A DNA stretch of 64,000 nucleotides from the NCBI GenBank assembly GCA_902761035.1, contig CACWIW010000003.1, positions 508 to 64,507 on the forward strand, read 5' to 3'. Positions within the stretch are counted from its first letter, which is position 1; every line of letters begins with the position of its first letter. The notes beneath the pieces were generated by a model. That model was not told the DNA's origin. It saw nothing but the letters and a program-made list of their open reading frames with translations, and did not search any database. The position numbers and the translations under genes were made by a program. Shown in pieces: positions 23,427-33,100 of this stretch. This stretch comes from an uncultured bacterium. Its GTDB lineage: Bacteria > Verrucomicrobiota > Kiritimatiellia > RFP12 > UBA1067.

Positions 23427-26400
23427 ATGAAAAAGAGCATTTTATTGGCGTTTTTCGCCTGTTTTTCCGCGTGCGGCGCGCGCGCGGAAGTGGTCACGCC
23501 CGCCATGGCGATGGCCGCTGCCGACGCTTGGGCCGAGCGCAATGCGCAGTTTGATACCGGTAACAATGCCACGAACGTGATCACGGTCTGCGACACCAAT
23601 GCCGCGCAGACAGTCCTGTGGCACCAGGTGTCGATGGCCGGCGGCGGCTGTCTGATCATTGCGCCCGTCACGGAAATCGAACCGATCGTCATGGCGCTTG
23701 AACGCGACCCCGGCGAACTGCCTGCGGCGCATCCGCTGCACGCCATTCTGACTCTCGACATGCGTGGTCGTCTTCGCTTCCTGAACCTCTACCCGGAAAA
23801 CGCACCGTCCTCCGGCGGCAGGCTGCGCCTCGCGGCATCGTCATCGAGTGAGCCCGAGGATGAAGAAAAGGCTGCACACAAGGAGGTGGTGCGCCAGGAA
23901 TGGGCGGAGCAGCAGCAGTCAAAGTGGGAGAAACTCCGCGCACCCCGCAAGGGCGGCAAGGCGCGCCTCGGCGCGGACCTCACGAAAGCGGCGCCCGATA
24001 GCGCGATGAAGGTGAAGATCGTTTTGCCGGGCTTTGAGCCGGGAGGTAAGCTCACGCACTGGAACCAGAGCGGGGGCGTCTACAACATGTACACGCCGGG
24101 GGGCGTGCCGTGCGGCTGCGTGGCCACTGCGGCGGCGGCGATGATGGAGTATTTCCATGTCGGTGAAAAAGCAGGGCAGGAAATCGAAAAGGGAAAGGCG
24201 GACGCGGGTACCACTTACCTGGGAAAAACTTACGCGACTAAAACGAAAGGCGGCAAGTACGACTGGGCAAACGCAAATTCAGAGCTTTACGGCCGTGTGA
24301 CATTCGACGCGGGTGTAGCCGTTGGAATGGGCTGGAACGAGGGCGGATCTGGCGCACAGGAGTCGGCCACAGCCACTGCGTTTAGGGATTATTTCGGTTT
24401 CCAGGAAGCCCGTTACGTGGACAATCCCAGGCCAGACCAGTATGAAAAGCTCATCTACGCCCAATGCCGTTCTGGTGCTCCGGTCGGCATGGGCATCGGT
24501 AAAAGCTCGGGCGGGTCAGGACACTCCGTTGTCGCGGTCGGCTACGGCATAGACGACGACGACGTGGAGCGCGTGCGCGTGTTCCTCGGCTGGGGCGGAT
24601 CGGGCGACGGCTGGTACGCGCTCCCGTACATCAACACCAAGAGCACAATCGCCGGCGACGAAGACCTCTACGACATCCTGGCCGGCATCATCACGATGAT
24701 CGGCTACGAGAACGACAACGTAGTGCCCGTTTTCGGGCGGATGCTACCCTACATCAACCCGCCCATGACGATCAACGGCGTCGAGTACAGCCACGAGAAA
24801 AACGGCGACTACTTCGACAGCATCTTCACCGACGGCTTCTTCGGCGCGCGTGTTTCCGCAGCCGGAACGCAGGCGAACCGCCAGGTGGAACTCTCCTGCG
24901 CGGGCAAGTCGGGCAGCGTGACCATCGGTCCGGCCGCAAGCAAGAGCTCGTCTTACGTCAGTAGCGGCGACGCCATCTGCAAGTGGGTGCCCGATCCGGT
25001 CTTCTTCCCGCTTCTGAATTCCGAGGTGGCGCTGAGCTTCGCGGATGCACGGGAGAAGTGCATCGCGTCGTTTGAGACGACCACGAACAAGCCTGTCTTC
25101 GCCTTCAGCGGAAGCTGGGGCGAACCGGCCACCGACGCCGCATGGAACTACCTGTACTGGCTGGATACGGAAGCGGATGACGCGACGAAGGAGGCCTTCA
25201 CCAACAAGTACATCGTCCTGTGCGTACCCTATAGCATGGGGCTCTCCTCGGAGTCCGACGGAAAACCGTCCATCGGCCTGTTCGACGGACGCGCCATTTC
25301 CGCAGACGAGAACAAGATGTGGTCGTTCTACAACGGGCGCCTCTCGTACTGGACAATCGGCAGCGCGACGTACACGAACGACGTGGACGGCGCGGGCTTC
25401 CCCTACACGAACGTGGTTGAGACGATTGACGGCCCGTATGTTACTTATTCCTACACGAACGTGATTGACGGCGTGAGCGGCGAGGGCATTGACTACGTCA
25501 CGGGCGAACTGATCACGAACGAATTGATCCGCGTGATGGAGGTGGGCCTCACGAACTTCCTCAAGAGGGCTTCCGGCATATCCCTGACGGTGGAGCACAA
25601 CTGTCCCGAGCTACCCGGTCATCCGGATCCAGACTATGGTTTTTACGAAAACGCCTACACGAACGGCGTCACCATCAACGTGACTTCTCCCGAATATGCC
25701 ACGAATTCCGCCCAAACCGTCGAGTTCAGGTGCGTAGGCTGGGCCCTTTCATCGGATCAAGGCCCCGCAGTCGTGACCAATGAAATCACGGTGACGGAAT
25801 TCACCCCAGTCCGCAACGGCGCATACACGGTCACATGGCTGTGGGAGACCAACGCCGTGAAGATTACGCGGGAGATCATAGACGATAATAAGAATGTAGG
25901 CTCCATCACGCCCAATAAGGGAGATAACGATTGGTACAAGATTGGAGATGTCGTCACCTTCACCGCAACTGGGGGAAAGAAGGCGACCACTTCCTACGAT
26001 TTCAATAGTTGGGGGTTGGAAGGATTTCTGGAGGATGACGAGTATTCCGAGTCCGGGAACCTGTTTGTACTCAAGGTGGCGCATCCCGCGAAAATAAGTG
26101 CCACGTTCTCAAAAAGACAATCCAATACTGACACCTTCTACCTGACGGTGACGAACTTCGGAATCAAGGTGGGTGACTCCGTGCCGGAAACGCTCGTCGG
26201 CGGCATTGCGCTTCCATACGAAACGGTCACGAATCTCACTCGTAACATACCTACGGAAGTCATGCTTGCAACGAACGCCTATACGGACGTTGATGGCGAA
26301 GAGCGGACTTGCCTTGGGTGGCGGCTTATTGATGAAGACGGGAATTTCCTCTGCGCCGTGTACAACCTCGGCTTTTATGTTGTTGTGCCGACCAATTTCG

Positions 26401-27191
26401 TCAAGGTAGTTGACAAAGACAATACATATATCCGGGAAGGCAATGGCGGCGGGCTTGTCATCAACGGCAATGACATAAAAGATCCTGATACGGGCAAGGT
26501 CATTGCGGAGGAGGATGGTCTCCGGCTCTTCACTCTGGGCGATACAAGCCCGCTGTCGTGGATCGGTATCAATCCAAACGCCTACGGCATCACGAACGGG
26601 GCGTCGGTCACGCTCCAGTGGATGTGGGAAATTCCAAGGGAGCCGGATCCGAACACCACGTTTGACATCGTATGGAACGATACACTGGACAATCTACACA
26701 TCGGCTACGAGACGAACCTACTCTCCAAGGCGGAAATGGAGGAATTGGGCGTGGGGCTGGACGACCTCACCGTGACTGCGCCGGCGGGCTGGATTGTCAC
26801 GAAGTCGCTGGACGCCGACGGCAACGCCATCGCCACGCTCTCGCGCGACGACGAGCTCCTCACTTTAGCCATGAGCTACTGCACGCTCACGATTGAGCCC
26901 AAATCCGACGAAGAGGGCAAGTTTGAAGTGAAGGCCGACGTCTTCGGCGTGCGCGGGTTCTGGTACGTGCTCTACGGCTCGGACGACCTCACCACGTGGG
27001 AGGCGGTCACTTCAGGCATGTATGAGAGCGGTACGCCCGCCGCGCAGGGGCAGGGTACGGCGGAGGCACCCTTCTCCGCTGTCAGTCTTTCGATCATCGT
27101 CACGTCCGGCGATCCTGGCGCCGGCGCCAAGCGCTTCTACAAGGTAGTTACCGGGGCGACGAAATCTCCCCTTACAGAAATAAGCCCATGA
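23427..27191 (+). CDS. secreted C10-family (streptopain/SpeB-like) cysteine peptidase with propeptide and a ~750-aa C-terminal extension
   Basis: The signal peptide is MKKSILLAFFACFSACGARA. A propeptide-like region follows (AMAMAAADAWAERNAQ...LWHQVSMAGGGCLIIAPVTEIEPIVMALE). The catalytic Cys context is VPCGCVATAAAAMMEYFH (Cys codon 24117-24119). The His context is GGSGHSVVAVGYG (24522-24524). The tail has divergent InlB-B-like and Ig-like segments. Confidence 0.78.
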   Translation: MKKSILLAFFACFSACGARAEVVTPAMAMAAADAWAERNAQFDTGNNATNVITVCDTNAAQTVLWHQVSMAGGGCLIIAPVTEIEPIVMALERDPGELPAAHPLHAILTLDMRGRLRFLNLYPENAPSSGGRLRLAASSSSEPEDEEKAAHKEVVRQEWAEQQQSKWEKLRAPRKGGKARLGADLTKAAPDSAMKVKIVLPGFEPGGKLTHWNQSGGVYNMYTPGGVPCGCVATAAAAMMEYFHVGEKAGQEIEKGKADAGTTYLGKTYATKTKGGKYDWANANSELYGRVTFDAGVAVGMGWNEGGSGAQESATATAFRDYFGFQEARYVDNPRPDQYEKLIYAQCRSGAPVGMGIGKSSGGSGHSVVAVGYGIDDDDVERVRVFLGWGGSGDGWYALPYINTKSTIAGDEDLYDILAGIITMIGYENDNVVPVFGRMLPYINPPMTINGVEYSHEKNGDYFDSIFTDGFFGARVSAAGTQANRQVELSCAGKSGSVTIGPAASKSSSYVSSGDAICKWVPDPVFFPLLNSEVALSFADAREKCIASFETTTNKPVFAFSGSWGEPATDAAWNYLYWLDTEADDATKEAFTNKYIVLCVPYSMGLSSESDGKPSIGLFDGRAISADENKMWSFYNGRLSYWTIGSATYTNDVDGAGFPYTNVVETIDGPYVTYSYTNVIDGVSGEGIDYVTGELITNELIRVMEVGLTNFLKRASGISLTVEHNCPELPGHPDPDYGFYENAYTNGVTINVTSPEYATNSAQTVEFRCVGWALSSDQGPAVVTNEITVTEFTPVRNGAYTVTWLWETNAVKITREIIDDNKNVGSITPNKGDNDWYKIGDVVTFTATGGKKATTSYDFNSWGLEGFLEDDEYSESGNLFVLKVAHPAKISATFSKRQSNTDTFYLTVTNFGIKVGDSVPETLVGGIALPYETVTNLTRNIPTEVMLATNAYTDVDGEERTCLGWRLIDEDGNFLCAVYNLGFYVVVPTNFVKVVDKDNTYIREGNGGGLVINGNDIKDPDTGKVIAEEDGLRLFTLGDTSPLSWIGINPNAYGITNGASVTLQWMWEIPREPDPNTTFDIVWNDTLDNLHIGYETNLLSKAEMEELGVGLDDLTVTAPAGWIVTKSLDADGNAIATLSRDDELLTLAMSYCTLTIEPKSDEEGKFEVKADVFGVRGFWYVLYGSDDLTTWEAVTSGMYESGTPAAQGQGTAEAPFSAVSLSIIVTSGDPGAGAKRFYKVVTGATKSPLTEISP

Positions 27192-27199
27192 GGTGAAAT

Positions 27200-30100
27200 A
27201 TGATGTTTCGTTCCTCTGTTTTTGCGCTTATTGCGGCCACGATGTCCTTCGCGGCCGAAGGGGCGAACATTACTGTCAGCGCAACGGTTGACTCAGGGAT
27301 TGATTCTGTTGCGCTGAAAGCCGGGTACCAGAGCATGGAGGTTTCCAGCGCTGGTGCCACATGGAATGGATGGAGCATTGGCACGGCCTACACGCCAACG
27401 TTCAAGGGCGTCGCAACGGGGTATGAAGGGCGCTGGGCGGTTGAAAAGAGCGGCCAGGCAACGTTGTCCGGAGGAGAGGAAGACACCATAACCATCCCGA
27501 CGACGTCATATTCGGGCTGTTCGCTGAGGTTCTACAGCCAGGCGAAGCGGTACAAAGTAGCGTTGGACCAGCAGGGCGGCAGCGGCGAAACGACGTCTGT
27601 GACGGCGACCTACGGTGCGGCGATGCCTGCGGCGACGATGCCCACTCGCACGGGCTACACGTTCGGCGGGTACTACACGGGCCCGAACGGCGGCGGCACC
27701 CAGTACTACACGGCCTCAGGCGAGAGCGCGAGGAACTGGGACGCGACCTCGGTCACGAAGCTGTATGCAAAATGGACGGCGGGCGCGTACGCAGTCACGC
27801 TGGACCGGCAGTCTGGCACCGGCGGCTCGTCTGGCGTGACGGCGACCTACGGCTCTGAGATGCCGACGATTACCGTGCCCACGCGGACGGGCTACACGTT
27901 CGGCGGGTACTACACGGGCACGAACGGCGGCGGTACGCAGTATTACACGGCTGCTGGCACAAGCGCGAAGAGCTGGGACGGTACGAGGGACACGACGCTC
28001 TACGCGAAGTGGACGGCCCTTACGTACACGGTCAAGCTGGACCGTCAGTCCGGCACCGGCGGCGACAGATCCGTCACAGCGGCATACGGCAGCGCGATGC
28101 CCACGCTGACCACGCTCCCCGCGCGCACGGGCTACAGGTTCGGCGGGTACTACACGTCGCCGAACGGCGGAGGCACCCAGTACTACAAGGCGGACGGAAC
28201 CAGCGCGAGGAACTGGGACAAGACGAGCGCCACGACGCTCTATGCGTATTGGGCGTCCGCCACGTACACGGTCAAACTGGACCGGCAGTCGGGGAGCGGA
28301 GGCCCGGATACCGTGACTGCTACATACGGTTCTGCGATGCCTGAAGCAAAGATGCCCACTCGCCAGGGCTACACGTTCGGCGGGTACTGGTACTACTCGG
28401 AGGTGAACGGCGACGGGGTGCAGTACTACAAGGCGGACGGGACCAGCGCGAGGAACTGGAACAAGACGGACGACGCGACACTCTACGCGAAGTGGACGGC
28501 GAGTACGTACACGATTACGCTGGACATGCAGGACGGCAGCGGAGGTTCGAGTTCCGTTTGCGTGAAGTACGGTTTGCCGATGCTTACGCCGATCGTGCTG
28601 CCCACGCGCACGGGCTATACGTTCGGCGGGTACTACACGATTCAGGGCGGCGGCGGCAAGCAGTACTACACGGCCTCAGGCGGGAGCGCGAGGAACTGGG
28701 AAGAGACCTCGGTGACGAAGCTGTACGCGAAGTGGACGGCGGATGCGTGCAAGGTCACGCTCGATCAGCAGGGCGGATCTGGCGGCACGAACTACGTCAC
28801 CGTTGCCTACAACTCCACGATGCCGTCGATTGCCGGCGGCTTGCCCACGCGGACGGGCTACGCGTTCGGCGGGTACTACACGGGCGAGAACGGCGGCGGT
28901 ACGCAGTATTACAGGGCGGACGGGACTAGCGCGAGGAAATGGAACGAGACCTCGGATGCCAAACTGTATGCGAAGTGGACGGCGGACAAGGGCCTGGTCA
29001 CGCTAGACCAGCAGTCTGGCTCCGGCGGCGACGTTTCCATTACCGCGACGTACGACTTGGCGCTGCCGACGATTACCGTGCCCACGCGGACGGGCTACAC
29101 GTTCGGCGGGTACTATGCGGAGCAAAACGGCGAAGGGACGCAGTACTACAAGGCGGACGGGACGAGCGCGCGCAAGTGGGATAACACGGATATCAAGACG
29201 CTCTACGCGAAGTGGACGGTCGTCGAGTACACGGTCACGCTCGACCAGCAGGACGGGTCTGGCGGCTCTACGCGCGTGACTGCGAAATACAACGAGGCGC
29301 TCCCGTCCGTCGCCTGCCCTACGCGCAAAGGCTACACGTTCGGCGGGTACTGGACTGACATAAAAGGCGGCGGCAAGCAGTACTATACGCCATCGGGCGA
29401 GAGCGCGAACGACTGGAACGAGACCTCGGATACCAAGCTGTATGCCATGTGGACGGCGGAAACGGTCACGGTCACGCTCGACCAGCAGCCTGGCACCGGC
29501 GGTTCGCCTAGCGTGACGGCGACATACGATTCGGCGTTGCCGAAGATCACCGTGCCCACGCGGACGGGTTACACGTTCGGCGGGTACTATACGGGAGAGA
29601 ACGGCGGCGGGATGCAATATTACGATTCGAACGGGAGAAGCGCGCGCAAATGGGATAATACGGGCATCACGACGCTCTACGCGAAGTGGACGGTCATCAA
29701 GTACACGCTGACGTTCGACAAACAGTCGGGCACTGGCGGCACGTCCAGCGAAACGACGACATACGGTTCGGAGCTGCCGACGATTACCGTGCCCACGCGG
29801 ACGGGCTTTACCTTCGGCGGATACTGGACGGCGCCGGACGGCTGCGGCACGCAGTACTACAAGGATGATGGCACAGGCGCGAGGAAATGGGACGAGACGG
29901 ACAACACGACGCTCTACGCGAAGTGGACGGTCATCACGTACACGCTGACGTTCGACCGGCAGGATGGAACGGGCGGTACGTTTAGCGTGACGACGACCTA
30001 CGGCTCGGCAATGCCCGCAGCGACGATGCCCACGCGGACGGGCTATACTTTCGGCGGGTACTATACGGAACCGAACGGCCGAGGGACGCAGTATTACGAC

Positions 30101-33100
30101 TCTGATGGTAAAAGCGCGAATAACTGGGACAAGACGGACGACACGACGCTCTACGCGAAGTGGACGGTCATCGAATACACGCTGACGTTCGACAAGCAGT
30201 CGGGCACTGGGGGCACGTCTAAGGTGACGACGACCTACGGTTCGGAGCTGCCGGCGATTACCGTGCCCACGCGGACGGGCTATACTTTCGGCGGATACTG
30301 GACGGCGTCGGACGGCGGCGGCACGCAGTACTACGCGCCTGACGGGACACCGAAAAAATGTGATTTTACATCGGATTTGGCGTGCTACGCAAAGTGGATT
30401 CCATACGAGTATGAGGTCGCGTTCCACCAGAACGGTGCGGACGGCGGCGGCACGATGGCGAACATGCAGCTCACATACGACATTCCCACGAGTCTCACCG
30501 CATGCGAGTTTACGCGCACGGGCTATGCGTTTGACAGGTGGTCCAGCGACACGAACTACAACTCACGGACGAAGTACTACGCGGACTGCGAGGTGGTTTC
30601 CAATCTTACCACCACCGCCGGAACCGTCGTTGACCTCTATGCGAACTGGACGGGTATTGTCTACACGGTGACGTTCGATGCGAACGGCGGCGAGGGCACG
30701 ATGGATCCGATGGCTTGCACCTACGGCGTGACGACGAACCTTACTGCGTGCGAGTTCACGCACGGCGACGGCTGGGGCTTCAAGGAATGGACAAACGCCG
30801 TAGGCGATGTGTTTTGTGACAAGGCGCTCGTGACAAACCTCACCGCCACGGCCGGAGCGGAAGTGGCCCTGTACGCATGCTGGACGGGTGCCACGTATGC
30901 CGTCACGTTCGATGCGCGCGACCCTCGCGGTGACGGCGTGATGACGAATGGCACGGGTGAGTCGGTGAGCGTGCTCACAAATTACGTTGTCGTGGGCGAA
31001 GAATGGGAACTTCCCACCCCCACGAATCAAGTCAACCCGTATCTCGTGTTTGATTGTTGGATAGCGCCTGGTGTGACGAAAAGATTGCCGAACGAGGTGC
31101 CTCCGCCATCCGCCGGCGTGATGAACCTTGTGGCCACCTGGAAATGGAATCCGGATGAGTTGGCCATTGCCGTGAACGCGCCCGAACTGGAATTCAAAAC
31201 GTTCGGAACAACGAGTGAGAACTATGTATCTCCCACGGAATCGGAGTATTCGGCAAGCTGGTTTGCGCAGACGGACTTCACCCATGACGAGGAACATGAC
31301 GAGAAACAGGCCGTGCAAAGTGGCGCGTTGCCAAAACAATCAAGAGACGATCATGTGTACGTTTCCTGGCTCACCACTAAGGTCGAGGGGCGAGGAGTGC
31401 TGTCGTTCTGGTGGAAATGTAACGCGCAGCCGCTTCAGCAAGACTTGAACCAACATGCAACGGAAGGCAGGGTTGGCGACATGCTCTGGTTTTACTATTC
31501 AGATGATGTGCTTACGAACAAGGTTGCAGAGTTGTCCGAAGTTACTGAATGGCGTTATGTGGCGTTTACGAACAAGTCTGATGCGGCTGTCTCGTTTGCG
31601 TGGGCTTTTGTCTATGTTGGTGGTTGGAGTGATACTGCTAACGATTTTTATGATAACGGCGGCGGCACTGGTTGGGTGGACCGCGTGACGTGGACGCCGG
31701 AAAAATACACTGTTAGCTTCAATCCGAACGGCGGCTATGGCTGGATGGACGACCAGACATTTACCAACAACGTCGCCTCGTGTCTCTCGTCTAACGCCTT
31801 TACGAACATCGGCCACAAGTTTTTGGGCTGGGCTACGAACGAGACGGATGAGGTCGTATACTCCGATGGTCAGGAGATTTCCAAGCAGCCTGTTCCCGGT
31901 GGAACGGTGAAGCTCTACGCGGTCTGGGATCTGAACAAGTACACGATCTCTTTCCGTGATGGCGAGAATGAGGTCAAGTCCATCACGCAGGATTATGGTA
32001 CGGCGGTGACACCCCCTCCGAATCCGTCGCGGACGGGCTGCACCTTTGCGGGGTGGGCTCCTGCCGTTCCCGAGACGGTTCCCGCAGAGAACATGACATG
32101 CACGGCGCAGTGGATGACGAACAAGTACACGATCTCTTTCCGTGATGGCGAAAGAGAGGTAATGTCCATCACGCAGGATTACGGTACGGCGGTGACGGCT
32201 CCCGAGGATCCGTCGCGGACGGGGCATGCATTTGCGGGCTGGACGCCTGGCGTTCCCGAGACGGTTCCCGCCTCAAATGTCATTTGCACGGCGCAGTGGA
32301 CGACGAACAGGTACACGATCACGTTCGATGATCGTGGGGAAGTGGTCAAGTCCATTGCGCAGGATTACGGTACGGAGGTGACGGCGCCCGAGGTTCCGTC
32401 GTGGGCGGGCCACGAGTTTGTGGGTTGGACGCCTGCCGTTCCAGAGACTGTTCCAGCAGAAAACATGACTTGCACGGCGCAGTGGACGACGAACACGTAC
32501 ACGGTGGTGTTCGATGTCAACGGCGGCGAGGGCGAGATGGACGACCAGGATTTCGCATACGACCAAGTCTCAGGTCTCACGTCTAACGCCCTCACAAGGG
32601 TCGGGTATACTTTCAAGGGCTGGACGAACGTGACGGATGAGGTCTTTTTCGCCGATGGTGCTGCGGTTTCCAACCTGACCGACGTCGCCGGAGGTGCCGT
32701 GAAGCTCTACGCGGTCTGGGAGCTGAACGATTACACAATTACGTTCTATGACCGTGGGGAAGTGGTAGAGACCGTTACAAAAGGTTACGGTACGGCGGTG
32801 ACGGCTCCCGAGCTGTCGTGGACGGGCCATGAGTTTGCAGGCTGGACGCCTGCCGTTCCCGAGACGGTTCCCGCAGAAGACATGACATGCACGGCGCAGT
32901 GGACGACGAACACGTACACGGTGGTGTTCGATGTCAACGGCGGCGAGGGCGCGATGAACGACCAGGATTTCACATACGACCAAGCCTCAAGTCTCACGTC
33001 CAACGTCCTCACGAGGGTCGGGTATACTTTCGAGGGCTGGGCAACGGATGCGGCGGGCGAGTTCGTTTACGCCGATGGCGCCGTGGTTTCCAACCTGACC

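Noticed and set aside
29003-30427. A 474-aa minus-strand ORF lies under the InlB-repeat array.
   Set aside because: It is an antisense shadow. Its periodicity simply mirrors the sense-strand 75-aa repeats.
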